DNA from: Octopus sinensis
Taxonomy: Eukaryota
Assembly (NCBI RefSeq): GCF_006345805.1
Contig: NC_043003.1
Span: 27,094,001-27,158,000 of the forward strand
DNA length: 64,000 nt
Reading direction: 5' to 3'
Positions 27,130-40,750 of the stretch are shown here, one piece after another. The translations under genes and the position numbers were made by a program. Position 1 is the first letter of the stretch. Every line of letters starts with the position of its first letter. Below the pieces are notes generated by a model that saw only the letters and a program-made list of their open reading frames with translations, was not told where the DNA came from and made no database searches.

Positions 27130-27868
27130 TAGCACTTACAGTTTCAATATCATTAACTGGTCAATTACGGAAATATGTAATTGATAGAAAAATACGAAAA
27201 TTGTTGACAATGCATAGAATGTACCACCCTAAGGCAGGTATAGAACGACTTTACCTGCCAAGAAAAGAGGGTGGCCGTGGACTTTTACAACTGGAATTAA
27301 CAATGAAGATTGCCACAATTGGCCTAAGTACCTATCTGGAAAAACTCTGATGGTTGGATGCTAAAACTTGCCCGAAAGCATGAAAACAATAAAGCATCAT
27401 ACTCAATAACAAAACAGGCAAAGGAATACAACAAATCCCAGAATTAGACGTACTGGAAACAAGCACAAAAAAAGCGTATGAAAACCCATTCTAATACTGC
27501 TGCCTTAGATATTCTTTCTGATAAATGGCAAAAAAAACCCTCTCAATGGTAAGTACCCAAAGAAAGCTAATAATGCTGATGTTAACGAAGCCCTTACCCA
27601 TCAATGGGTTTGTCATAGCAGCCCAAGATCAATGCCTACATACAAGGAGCAACCAGGCCAACATATTAAAGAACGGCAGTAGCCCAACATGTCGTCTATG
27701 TAAACAACAAAATGAAACCATTGATCATGTTGTCTCCATGTGCAGTCTTCTTGCGCCTACAGAGTATCTTAACAGGTATGATAGAGCAGCACAATATATT
27801 CACTGGGTAATTTGCAAAGACCTGGACCTGTCTCATGATAAAAACTGGCGGGAACACAAACCACCTCC
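27130..27868 (+). mobile_element. R4/Dong-like RLE retroelement fragment
   Basis: IDRKIRKLLTMHRMYHPKA..RLYLPRKEGGRGL, AAQDQ, CRLC..ETIDHVVSMC. Confidence 0.88.
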
Positions 27869-28058
27869 ATACATACACACATACATACATACATACATAC
27901 ATACATACATACATACATACATACATACATACACACACACATACATACATACACACACACACATACATACATACATACATACACACACATACATACATAC
28001 ATACATACATACATACATACATACATACATACGTACATACACACACACATACTTACAT

Positions 28059-28089
<31 letters not shown>

Positions 28090-28629
28090 TAAATACAAAC
28101 ATACATACATACATACATACACACACACATACATACATACATACACACACATACATACACATACATACATACATACATACATACATACATTCATACATAC
28201 ATACATACATACATACATACATACATACATACATGCAGACATACATACATGCATACATATATATATATAGATAATAGATCCCAGATATTGATGTGTGTGT
28301 GTATGTTTGTCTTTATGCTTGTGCTCGTTCCCCAGCACTGCATGACAATCAGTGTAGGTTTGTTTACATCCCAGCGACTTGGCGAAAAGTTATCGAGAGA
28401 ATAGGTACCAGGCTTAAAAATATGTGCTGGGGTCAGTCGCATCGAAGCAGTGGTAATAGCATAGCCACAGTCCAAAGACAGCCACAAGTAAAAAGTAGTG
28501 TGTGTCTGTGTGTGTTTGTCTGTGTCTGTGCGTGTGTGTGTGCACGCGCGTGCGTGTGTGTGTGTGTGTGTGTGCATGTGTGTGTTTGTATGTGTGTATT
28601 TACGAATGCATACATGCTTGTATAAAAAC

Positions 28630-29131
28630 TTCGCCCTTTTCAAGCCTAACCAGGCTCATGGGCCTGGTCTCCTGGTTTCTGTGGCGTATGTGTTCCCCCC
28701 AGCTGGACGGAACGCCAGTACAACAGAGTATAACAGAGGTCGCCACCACCCCCTGCCGGATCCTCGTAGAGCTTTTAGGTGTTTTCGCTCAATAAACACG
28801 CACAACGCCCGGTCTAGGAATCGAAAGCGCGATCCTCCGACCGCGAGTCCGCTGCCCTAACCAATGGGCCATTGCGCCTCCACTTGTGCCCTTTTAAAGC
28901 CTAGCCAGGCTAATGGGCACGGTTTCCGGTTTCAATGGCGTATGTGTTCCCCAGCTGGACGGGACGCCAGTCCATCGCAGCGTTACTCACTTTTGCCAGC
29001 TGGGTGGACTGGAGCAACGTGAAATGAAGTGTTTTGCTCAAAGACACAACGCTCCGCCCGGTCCAGGAATCGAAACCACAATCTGGCGATCATGATGCGG
29101 ACACCCTAACCACTAAGCCACGCGCCTCCAC
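28630..29131 (-). mobile_element. Dimeric tRNA-headed SINE (family 3)
   Basis: Two heads (GGAGGCGCGTGGCTTAGTGG and GGAGGCGCAATGGCCC), each followed by a body with a CTGGCGT(C/T)CCGTCCAG motif. TSD CATGCTTGTAT. Confidence 0.8.
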
Positions 29132-30027
29132 ATGCATGCTTGTATGTATGCATATATGTATTCATGCAGGCAGGCATGCATGTACGTATAAGTATGTATA
29201 TATGTATGTATGCCTGCAAGTATGTATGTATGTATGTATGTATGTATGTATGTATGTATGTATGTATGTATGTATGCATGCATGCATGTATGTATCATGT
29301 ATGTATGTATGTATGTCTATACACAGAGATAAATGTATATTTATCAATATATATATGCACTTTTCGTATGTGCATATATATATATAACATACATAAGTAT
29401 GTATATATATATATATATAATATATATATATATATTTTCTTTACTGCCCACAAGGGGCTAAACATAAAGGGGACAAACAAGGACATGCGAACGGATTAAG
29501 TCGATTATATCGACCCCAGTGCGAAACTGGTACTTTATTTATGTATGCATGCATGTATGTATGTATGTATGTTTGTACTATGTAGATATGTATATTGTTT
29601 TGAAAGCTTTCAAAGCAAACTGCCTGTTGATATGTTGGTACACAGCTGCCACTGTATCATGCTTATTTATGGAATTAATCATAAAACAGTCTATGTAACA
29701 GTATGATATTGAATGTTAAGAACTAACAGCTGTTACCACTGCAAAGTAACAATTGTATTTGTAACTGAAGTTTGTTTATTCCATTTTCAAGTACAATTTT
29801 TCATGTGAGTTATGTACAATAACGGAGTTCCACACATTTATTTAACTCGAAAAATAACCCTGCTATATGTTGGCATATGATAACTTATGTCAGCAGTGGA
29901 GCTTTTAAATGCACGTTATGAGGTACTCATATGAGATATTGAATATGTGTGTGCATGCGCGTGTGTGCGTATGTGTGTGTATCTGTGTGCGCGTGCGTGC
30001 ATGTTTGTGTGTGTGTGTGTATCCATG

Positions 30028-30067
<40 letters not shown>

Positions 30068-30073
30068 CACATA

Positions 30074-30479
30074 GGCGCAGGAGTGGCTGTGTAGTAAGTA
30101 GCTTGCTTAGTAACCACATGGTTCCGAGTTCAGTCCCACTTCGTGGCACATAGGGCACGTGTCTTCTACTATAGCCTCGGGCCGACCAAAGCCTTGTGAG
30201 TGGATTTGGTAGACGGAAACTGAAAGAAGCCCGTCGTATATATGTACATGTATACATATGTGTGTGTATTTGTATGTCTGTGTTTGTCCCCCCACCATCG
30301 CTTGACAACCGATGGTGGTGTGTTTGCGTCCCCGTAACTTAGCGGTTCGGCAAAAGAGACCGATAGAATAAGTACTAGGCTTACAAATAATAAGTCGTGG
30401 GGTCGATTCGCTCGACTAAAGGCGTTGCTCCAGCATGGCCGTAGTCAAATGACTGAAACAAGTAAAAGAGTAAAAGAGT
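30074..30479 (+). mobile_element. tRNA-headed SINE family 1
   Basis: Reverse complement of 18915-19359. Confidence 0.85.
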
Positions 30480-30642
30480 ATATATATATGTGTGACCTCG
30501 TGAGTACCGCTGGCGATTTTTTTCCTCTGTCTTCCCTTCTATGTTTCCGACGAAGAGCGTCCAATAATACTTTATTTGTTCCACGTCCTCGCGTTGTTGT
30601 GTTTTTTTGTTTTTTTGTGTTTTCTTGTTTGGATTAACTTTA

Positions 30643-30733
<91 letters not shown>

Positions 30734-31159
30734 GGGTTCTGGCGTTTTGATTTTTTGAAAGTAAGCAAGTTCCTGTATCAAAAGTCGATGAATGATTCTA
30801 TATAAGTAGGGAAAATAGCCTTTATTTTAAGCTCATTTTACGTCATCCTTAACTGAAGAATCTTAACACCATTTTTGACCCAAACCCTGCAAAATTCTGG
30901 GGGATTCATAATGCCTGCTCAAGTTTTTACCAAACTTCGTGTGTTAACTTAATGCAATACAGAAGCAGTATATCTCAAATTTCAGCTTTCAAGTTTATGT
31001 AGTTCTAGAGTTATAGAGTTTTTGATTTGTTACCACTTAGGCCCTACATTAGGAAATATCCTCTTCCTCTCCTTTTTATTTCTGTGACGGTCCAAAGACT
31101 ATATTAACTGCGGGAAAGGTAACCCTTTTTGGGTATACCTTTTTTGGGTATTCAAAAGG

Positions 31160-31650
31160 GCCTGTACTAGAAGACTACCTGGAAAGGCGTGTACGAGTAA
31201 CAGGGCAAGATACAATGCTTTACTGGCCAATAAATTGAAGCCAATAATTAGCACTAAACGCCCAAGTCTATTGTTGAAGAAAGTTTTGTTGTTGCATGAT
31301 AATGTACACCCACACAAAGCACCCAGACCATTGTAACCATTAACCAATAGGGTTTTGCGGTGCTGGGACACCCTGTCTACAGTCCAGATCTCGCTCCTTC
31401 CGACCATTATATCTTTGGACCGCCCAAAGATGGTTTATGAGGTCGTCGATTTCTTACGGATGAAGATGTGAAGGAAGCGGTGCATAAATGGTTACACGAC
31501 CAACCAAAAACGTTCTTCTTGGAAGGAATACGCAAGTTTGTGGACCCCTGGACCAAGTGCATCGAAAAGGAAGGAGACTGACATATAACCAAATGACCTT
31601 TTGTTTATCCCCTGCTTTTGTGTAAATACATTGAAAATACAAGAATGTGC
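31160..31650 (+). mobile_element. mariner 3' fragment
   Basis: LLHDNVHPH, YSPDLAPSDHYIFG, GIRKFVDPWTKCIE. Confidence 0.8.
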
Positions 31651-31957
31651 AAAATTGTTTACTCTCTCTCTCTAAACCTAGAGATATATACAAGTACCTC
31701 GTTTTCATCTACCTATTACTTCAATCCACTTGAGTAATAAAGGTAGAATGAGGTATTTTTATATATTGGCTGAAACAGCTGTAAGTTATTTTTCCAATTT
31801 ATATTCATACTTTTATGATAATTACTGGTATCCTTATATATTACTATATTTTATATCTTATATCTTATATGTAAAGAGTAATATGTTATATGTATGTATA
31901 TTATTGTAATAATCAGTTTAGTAAATAAATAAATAAGTTAATATAATATAATGTTTA

Positions 31958-32261
31958 AAACTTTTGAACATGTCTTTGTAATTCCTAATTTTTAATTTTT
32001 AACATTGGTAAACAAAAAAATATTGTTGAAACTAGTTTGGTATATATGTAAATAAATTAATTTGAAAACAATTACAAGTTCTTCAAATTTAAGTGCATTT
32101 TCAACAACAAATTCGCCTATATTTTTTCCTGCGTGGAAAGACACCCCCTCTTTTGTTATATATATATATATATATAATATATAAGTTAATATAATATAAT
32201 GTCTAAAAGTTGATGAAACACCTATTGATCTCCTCCATTTTTTTATTGCTATGTATATATA

Positions 32262-32300
<39 letters not shown>

Positions 32301-32630
32301 GCAATAAAAAAATGGAGGAGATCAATAGGTGGTTCATCAACTTTTAGACATTATATTATATTAACTTATTTATATATATATATATATATAATATATATAT
32401 ATATATATTATATATAATATATATATATATAACAAAAGAGGGGGTGTCTTTCCACGCAGGAAAAAATATAGGCGAATTTGTTGTTGAAAATGCACTTAAA
32501 TTTGAAGAACTTGTAATTGTTTTCAAATTAATTTATTTACATATATACCAAACTAGTTTCAACAATATTTTTTTGTTTACCAATGTTAAAAATTAAAAAT
32601 TAGGAATTACAAAGACATGTTCAAAAGTTT
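31958..32630. repeat. ~670-bp palindrome centred on (TA)n
   Basis: 31958-32158 pairs with 32429-32630, and 32182-32253 pairs with 32296-32369. Confidence 0.9.
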
Positions 32631-33289
32631 CAGTATTTACAAGTTTAAATGTTCATAACAATCAATAATATAAAAAAATGTAGATCATCTTGTTTAAATG
32701 CAGAAAATTCAATAGTGTTAGAAGTGATGGATAAGAAATTTGTATCATCAAAGTTTCAGTCATAATGAGTTAAGAGGGAGAAAAAGAAGGGAGAAATAAA
32801 GATAGTAAAAAAAAGTGGGGTTGGTTTCCAGTTTCTGTGATTCTCTTTCCATCGTGTGCAGGGACTTTCACTTGTAACAGCATTTTTGGGAATCCGGTGT
32901 ATTTATAATTTTTTCGGCGAACGGATCTGATTTCGATTCGCTAAAGTACAGGTGACGTCTTGGCTGGTTGGCTTCCCTGTGGAGAACGGTCATCAGCCGT
33001 TCCAGTTGGTTGATTTTCTTAAAGGGTTATTTTGTTGAATTTGCTGAAGTTCGGTTTTGATCGGAGGTAAAATTTCATTGGTCTAGAGTTAGGTGACGTC
33101 GGCAACTGGTGTTTGTATGGTGTCATTGTATGGTGATTTGGAGTTGCAGTTTCGAAACTCGCGTGGAAGACTGTTACTAAAGTTTTTTTAAACTATGTTG
33201 TATCTGTTTTTTGGGGGACTTTTGTGGAAAAATTAGGCCTTATTTCCTTTTTCTCTTTAGTGTTTTGTCTCCTTTCTAAAGGATATTCA

Positions 33290-33560
33290 GCAGTGGTGTA
33301 TATTTTTTAATGAGTATGCTTTCGATATTTAAACAGAATCCGGTTAGTCTAATCAAAACGGAATAGAACGTGCAAAAATTATAGACATCCAAGAGTTATG
33401 GAAAACAAGAAAATACCATGACACACTTAAAACTTTATCTTACGTATCAACACACAATCCGAGGAACATGGACGCATACAACATCATCCATTAAAACACA
33501 CCCCTCCTTATGAAAGATCTGCGAATGAAAAAGGCACTGAAAACACATAGGATTACACTG
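33290..33560 (+). mobile_element. PLE ORF fragment (RT-endonuclease linker)
   Basis: NGIERAK, LSYVSTHNPRNMDAYNIIH, KDLRMKKAL. Confidence 0.55.
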
Positions 33561-33839
33561 GGCAAAACAAAAAAGAAAAAGATTTATTGTCTGCTACCCA
33601 GACAAATGGTACTGTACTAAACTGAATCGCTGATTCTGAATCTGAACTCAAAAATTGCTGTAGCACGTCAGGATTTTGAGTTGTGCACATAATTATATAT
33701 TGATACTGTATTATAATCAGGAATAGTTAAGTTCAAGGTAAATAATTATTATAATAGTATATTAGTACTGTATATAGTATATTTATGTTCAAGGCAAATA
33801 ACATTATAATATAATGGTACATAGTATAATGTAATGTAA

Positions 33840-34493
33840 AGTGGGTCAATGGATTCCTCGCAAACTTTCTAAGTCTAACCGCGCGCAAAGAGTGAATGTA
33901 CGTTCTTTGCTGTCAAGTCTCACGAACGAACCTTTTTTGGACCGATTAGTGACTGGTGACGAGAAGTGGGTTCTCTATAAAAATGTCAAGCGCCGAAGAC
34001 AGTGGGTAGGGAAAGGAGAAACACCGGCATCCCAGGCTAAGAAAGGTATTCACCCACATAAGATGTTGTTATCAGTTTGGTGGGATATGAAAGTTTTAAT
34101 CCATTTGAACTTTTAAACCCAAAGCAAACGACAAGAAAGGAGATCTACTGCGAGTGGCTTGAGCGGCCTAAGTCAGCGCTAGAAGAAAAGCGACCATCTT
34201 TGGTTTCAAGACAAAAGGTGTTCTTCCATCAGCTACATACAGCGAGGATGACATTCCAGCTGATTATCATTTACTCTGCAGTCTTCAAAACCATTTGGAC
34301 GGAAAAAATATGAATTCTGTAGACAAGATCAGAACAGTACTGGAAGAGTATTTTCCCTCACAGACAAGTGAATTTTGGAAGAGTGGCCTTGTAGAAAATT
34401 AAGGAAAGTATATTTTAGATTAAAAAAGAATTTTGTTCATCTTAATTATGAAAAATAAAAGAAGTATAAGAAAACCGTATTATTTATGGGATG

Positions 34494-34495
<2 letters not shown>
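33840..34495 (+). mobile_element. mariner 3' half
   Basis: QWIPRKL, LVTGDEKWVLY and LSVWWD, with TIR-like TATTATTTATGGGATGA at the end. Confidence 0.85.
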
Positions 34496-34544
<49 letters not shown>

Positions 34545-34569
34545 TATATATATATTATATATATATATA

Positions 34570-35075
34570 CTAGCAGTATCGCCCGGCGTTGCTCGGATTT
34601 GTAAGGGAAATAACTATATAAGCATTTTTAGAGAGTTACTTCCCTTATAGATGCCAATTCGGGCTTTCTTAGCCATTTCTGTTTTGGTGTCTTCAAGCCA
34701 TGAAGTCGTTGTTCTAAAAGAACGCTGGTCTCCTTGACAACGCTTCACGACGTTGATTTCTTTACACTCCCTTCCCCACAGCTTCACGAGGGAGGGGAGA
34801 AGCAAACACAAGTGCAGGTGTTTGAGCGTGGACGCCAACTCCGCCGCCATCGACACACGAAAAATTATGCATTAAAATGGAATAAAAAATTATGTTAAAT
34901 TATTTTTTAAATCGTAGACTCCTCGTAGACGCGCGCTAATAGCCAGACGGGCTCGATATTAATCACGACTATAAGATACCCGAATTTGGTTAAACTGCAC
35001 CGCAAAAATGTGGGAGGAGTTAGGAATCTAAATCGAAGGGGACAGACACTCACACAACTACAGTTTTATATATAA
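34570..35075 (-). mobile_element. Non-autonomous Helitron
   Basis: Same 3' hairpin plus CTAG terminus as at 13880-13909. The 5' end reads TATATAAAA. Confidence 0.7.
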
Positions 35076-35085
35076 TATATATATA

Positions 35086-35120
<35 letters not shown>

Positions 35121-35219
35121 TTTTTCTTTTACTTGTTTCAGTCATTTGACTGCGGCCATGCTGGAGCACCACCTTGAAGGGTTTTAGTGGAAGAAATCGG
35201 CACAAAGATATATATATAT

Positions 35220-35257
<38 letters not shown>

Positions 35258-35277
35258 GGCCTCAATATGAAATTTGT

Positions 35278-36300
35278 AGAAAAGAAAGAAAAGTTTGCTA
35301 ATGTTTTATAAATGTAAGAAATAGTTTTATATATCAAAGTATGCACCCATATTGTCAATACACTTTTGCCATTTCAGCGGTAGCTTGTCCAACCCGGAAT
35401 TGTAAAGGCTTAGCAATCTAGAGTCAATAAAATCTTGGAAAGCCTGTTTTACAGCATCATCGAAATAAAAAATTTTTCCTATCAAAAAGTTAACCAAATT
35501 CTGGAAAAGTGTTTAGTCAGTGGGGGCGAGATCAGGTGAGTATGGTGAATGATGGAGAACTTTCAATTCCAACTCCTGTAGTTTCGCCAATGACATTTTT
35601 GCGATGTGTGGTCTGGTGTTGTTTTGCAATAAAATAGGAGTGGTTCTGTTGACTAATCTAGGCTGTTTTTTTTTTTGTAAATTTCTGCATCATTTGGTCC
35701 AGTTGGCTGCAGTATACTTCAGCCGTGATTGATGAGCCAGGTTTAATGAAATCATAATGGATCACACCTGCGCTAGACCACCACACACACACCAACAGCT
35801 TCTTTTGATGAATTTTGCTTTTTGGACTGTGTTTTGGTGGCTCGTCTTTGTCCAACCATTGTGCTGACCGTTTACGGTTGTTGTATTGGATCCATTTCTT
35901 ATCACATTTTGCAATTCGATTCAAAAATGATTCATTTTTGTGACGAGAAAGTAGCATAATGTAGGCTTTCAAATGCTCTGTTTCTGATTTTCATTGAGTT
36001 CATGTGGAATCCACTAATCCAAATTTTTCACTTTACCGATTTGAACCAGGTGAGTCAATATAGTTTGCTTGCTAACACCAAACAACAACGATAATCCACG
36101 GACACTTTGAGATGGATCTGACTCGACGGTGGCTTTCAGTTCGTCATTATCCATCTTTGGCTCTGGTCGACCGCGTTGCTCATTTGTGAGGTTAAAGTTA
36201 CCAGAACGAAATTTTTCAAACTAATTTGATACTGTCTGCTGTGTAATAACATTACAATGAAATACTCCATTAATATTCCGAGTTGTCTGTGATGCTGTAT
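35278..36300 (-). mobile_element. mariner remnant
   Basis: CDKKWIQY, LVCVWWS, HSPYSPDLAPTD remnants. Confidence 0.85.
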
Positions 36301-36659
36301 TAGGTACAGGGAGAGAGAGAGGAAGGGTATCCCTCTTCCTATTCACCATTCATTTATTTATTTGGTCCTTTACCATTGTATTAGAATGAGTTTACGGATG
36401 GTGACATCTTCAAAAAAAAAAAAACAGGTGCAGTTTGGTCATCACTGAATGTCATTTTGCTTTCTTTCTCTCCTCCCCTTTTCCTTTTTTCCTCTTTCTT
36501 TTCCCCTCTTTGAGTTATATTTAGAATACAAGATGTACTGTCTCCCCTTCCAAACATTCAATTTTGGGGAAATTTTTTATGGAATGTAGTTCTGCATGAA
36601 AAAACATTATTATAATATTTGAAAATTAACAATTAAAAAATTTTTAAAATAAAATGAAA

Positions 36660-36697
<38 letters not shown>

Positions 36698-36699
<2 letters not shown>

Positions 36700-37292
36700 C
36701 GGGAAGCTTTATGAAAATAAACAAAAGACGAAGGCAGGTGGAGTACAAACAAACAATTGTATTAGTATGGCGCCCAGGAATATAAATAAAACAAGTCTTT
36801 TACGTTTCGAGCCTACGCTCTTCAACAGAAAGATACACAGAAAAGAAACACGGAGAGAAACAAGGAGAGAAAAAAAAAGCGTGCAGAAGCTAGCGATTCA
36901 ACATGGCGATCTGATTCTAGCCAGAAGTCAGAGATCAAACGTGAGACGCAAGAGCGAAAATAGGGGAGATAACAGGGTCAAATGACTTCGCCCCAACATA
37001 AGGGTGCGTGTGTGTATGAGAGAGTATGTGGTGCGTATGAAAGGTCTGGACGTGTGTATGTATGTATGATGTGATGTGTAATGTCGTATGGTGTGGTGTA
37101 GAGAGGGGAGATGAGGGGGAGAAGGGGGAGGAGATGAGGGGTAGAGTGGAGGAGGATGGAGGGAGGAGGAAGGAGAGGGTGAGGTGAGATGAGATGAGGG
37201 GGAGGGTGAGAGGGGAAGGAAAGAGGAGAAGAGGGGGGAGGAGGGGGTTGGGAAAGGAGGAGGGGGGATGGGGGAGAGAGAAGGGGAGTGAG
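36698..37292 (-). mobile_element. PLE 3' region and pLTR
   Basis: Same family as 38470-39162. Purine-rich tract and hammerhead-like motif at 36795-36832. Confidence 0.7.
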
Positions 37293-37351
37293 GTATATAT
37301 ATATATATATATATAATATATATATACGTAAAGCTAGAACATCCCAATGCT

Positions 37352-37395
<44 letters not shown>

Positions 37396-37397
<2 letters not shown>

Positions 37398-37859
37398 GAA
37401 CATTTGTAGAGATGAGCCACATTTGGAATAAAAAATGCAAATTTTCCACTTTACCTTCAGACATTCACTTTCGGGCATTTGGAAATATGCAACGACAGAA
37501 AATTCAAAAAATTTCCCTTTTACAAATGTGCACGGGACGATCCGCAATACCGAAAAGCAATGGAACAGCATTTCATCAAAAAATTCTCTCCAAAATTGAC
37601 CGTTTGAAGGAAAAACGAAGATAGTACATTTTGTATGTGTTTTACTAATGTTCTCGAATGCAAAAACATGAAATTGAAAGAGGCGTGATCGAAGTTACAC
37701 AGTATAAACATGGACATGTTCCCAAACACACATACACACACGCAGACACGCAGACACACACTTCATCAAGGGATTCTCCCCCAAAATTGAATGTTTTAAG
37801 GTAAAGTGGCGAATTTGCATTTGTTATTCCAAATGTGGCTCATCTCTACAAATGCTCAG
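37396..37859. mobile_element. MITE with ~80-bp TIRs in TA context
   Basis: CTGAACATTTGTAGAGATGAGCCACATTTGGAATAA... and ...TTATTCCAAATGTGGCTCATCTCTACAAATGCTCAG. Confidence 0.8.
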
Positions 37860-37904
<45 letters not shown>

Positions 37905-38151
37905 ATATATATGTGTGGGTGTGTGTGTGTGTGGGTGTGTGTGTGTGAGAAAAAGAAAGAAAGAGAGGAAATAGAAAACCTGTTTTCTTTTTTTTTTTTT
38001 TTGAAGAGATCCCCATTCTTAAACCCATTCAAATACAATGGTAAAGGACTAAATAAATAATGAAAAGTGAATAGAAAGGAAGATACCCCTTCTCTCTCTC
38101 TCTCCCTCTACCTATCTATCTGTCTGACAATCTATATTTCTGTCTATCTAC

Positions 38152-38208
<57 letters not shown>

Positions 38209-38469
38209 AGCCTATCTACCTACCTATATTTCTATTTATCCATCTCCATTGTCATGGAACCTCATCCCCAAAATCAAAAACAATGTTCCCTTCTAAACAA
38301 AACACTCCAAAAACATCTGTTTTATATAAATGAATAAGCTGTTTGTACATTCACAAAATTTTATTTGACAAGTTCGAGAAAGGAACGAAAGCGCTAATAA
38401 TAAAGAAATAAAAAGATTTTTTTCCCCAAAATTCTGACGACTTTTTTTTCGATATTCAATTTCTGTACA

Positions 38470-39162
38470 CTCGGTAGCGACACTCCGGTCTCTCACCATT
38501 TCCGCTCTACCGGTCATTCTTTACGACTCCTGTCTATGTTCAGATTTCCCTTGCACAGTGGCTATCCGGACTCCCGTCTTCGCCGTGAACAAGAATTAAT
38601 CTTCTCTGTTCGCTCCTTTGCGCCAAATGGGCTCAACTCTCCTCCCCTCTTCATCTAACACCCTCCTCTCTCCTCTCTTCCTCTCACATCTATTTCGTCC
38701 CTTCACTCCCACCCACCTCTCCTCTCCTCTTGCTCGACACCTACTTCCTCTCTTCACTCCTACCCACCATTTTCCTTCCACCCTCTCCCTTCATCGTCAC
38801 CTCTCCATCGTTACCCCATCCCTACACATTCCCACCCTACCACCCCTATACATCCTATCGCACACATTCCACTCCCACATACCCTACCTCACCCTCACAC
38901 TCCATTCCCTCTTTTTTATCTCCCCTTCTTCCTAGCTCTCTTGTCTGACCACCTGTGTCCGGCATTCGCCATGATTGATCGCTAGCCACTAAACCTCTTT
39001 TATTTTCTTTCTCTACTTATTTCTGTGTTCCTTTCTGTTGAAGAGCGTGGACTCGAAACGTAAAAGACCTTTCTCACTTCCCAAGCGTTAAACTAATATC
39101 TCTGTTTGTTGCTTACACACTCGTCTTCGTCTTTTGTTTTGTTCTTTTGTAAATTCCAACTA
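38470..39162 (+). mobile_element. PLE 3' end: GIY-YIG C-terminus, pyrimidine tract and pLTR
   Basis: TPVSHHFRSTGHS...DSRLRREQELIFSVRSFAPNGLN is a typical PLE GIY-YIG terminus. Hammerhead-like motif at 39031-39068. Ends in (TA)n. Confidence 0.8.
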
Positions 39163-39195
39163 TGTATATATATATGATATATGTGTATATATATA

Positions 39196-39327
<132 letters not shown>

Positions 39328-39331
39328 ATAT

Positions 39332-40022
39332 AAAATGAAAAACCTAGGTTTTCATTTTTCAGATGTTCTTCCTAGAGGTAAGACCATTTTTTTCATGTTT
39401 GTTGCACACACGCATCTTTACTAGTACATACGCAGTGAAGCTATACCTTAGCGTCGTATTTATTACGTTCGCTATTTTCCAGTAAATATCGGTGCTTCGT
39501 TGTACCATTTATTTACTTTGATGTATAATTTTACCCTCACGGGCTATCCTTTACTGGAAAGCAATACTCTCGTATTGCATTACTATTTTCATTGAAACTT
39601 ATTCACTGTTCTCGTTCTGTTAACGTTTTGGCGTTCAGACGAGTGTACTGGCATAGATGTGGCAACATTTGAAATATTGTCGAGGTTTATGCAGCTGATG
39701 AAGATAAATCAAACGTACGTTTGGCACACGTATTTTGAAGAATCTGAAACCGGTACTGCATTATCCGTTATCTAGGTTTTTCATTTTTCCGATGTTCTTC
39801 CTAGAGGTAAGACAATTTTTTTCATGTTTGTTGCACACACGCATCTTTACTAGTACATACGCAGTGAAGCTATACCTTAGCGTCGTATTTATTACGTTCG
39901 CTATTTTCCAGTAAATATCGGTGCTTCGTTGTACCATTTATTTAGTTTGATGTATAATTTTACCCTCACGGGCTATCCTTTACTGGAAAACAATACTCTC
40001 GTATTGCATTACTATTTTCATT
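39332..40022 (+). mobile_element. Non-coding mini-PLE / retrozyme-like element with 250-bp direct repeats
   Basis: 39344-39593 repeats at 39772-40022 with a hammerhead between them. There is a 14-nt 5' fold-back and (TA)n on both sides. Confidence 0.8.
39689..39761 (+). ncRNA. Minimal type-I hammerhead ribozyme
   Basis: AUGCAG-CUGAUGA-AGAU...AUCU-GAAAC-CG-GUA-CUGCAU: perfect 6-bp stem I and canonical core. Predicted cleavage after 39755. Confidence 0.85.
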
Positions 40023-40261
40023 ATATATATATATATATAGGATAGAAGTTTTCGAAAAAAATTCTATCAATGGCCAGCATATTAAAAAAAACTTTAAAGG
40101 CTAAATTTATAAACAATTTATAAATAAGGGCAAAAGAAAAAACTTCTAATGCCAAAATATGCCGAAAATAGACACTACGTCAATAACCATGTAATTTACC
40201 ACTACAAGCACGTGTTTCAAAGAAAGCCGACAGAAATTTCTAAAAAATCCCGTTATTACCA

Positions 40262-40315
40262 TATCGGACCCGATTTCAGAGTTAGTTCATAAGAACCTTC
40301 TCTTCATCAGTGATA
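40262..40315 (-). ncRNA. Hammerhead motif in a PLE pLTR (40040-40345)
   Basis: UAUCA-CUGAUGA-AGAG...CUCU-GAAAU-CGG-GUC-CGAUA. Family shared with 56595-57090. Confidence 0.6.
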
Positions 40316-40356
40316 AATGCGGTAAAGAAAAAAATTTTACCCTTGTATATTATTAA

Positions 40357-40437
<81 letters not shown>

Positions 40438-40750
40438 ATATATATATATAATATTATATAAATATATAATATATATATATAAATTAATAATAGAAGGTAA
40501 TTATTAATTAATTTATAAGAAGGGTAAATTAATTTAAAATTATAATTTACTCCATGATAGAATACTGCAGTTTTCTGCGGTATTGTTCGTAGCATACACG
40601 TGAGTATAGAGTTTGTATAGTGTATTCACACTCGGCTCTCTAAATTTTGGAAGTGTTAGTTGGATATCTGTTGGATATCTGTTTATAAACAATTTATAAG
40701 TATTGTGTGCATATTCAGCCATAGCACTTTCAAATTTTATAAATTGGAAA

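Noticed and set aside
30074-30145. tRNA genes at SINE heads (also ~28800-28880, 29060-29130, 26729-26815)
   Set aside because: A and B boxes are present but run into SINE bodies, and no complete cloverleaf was found.
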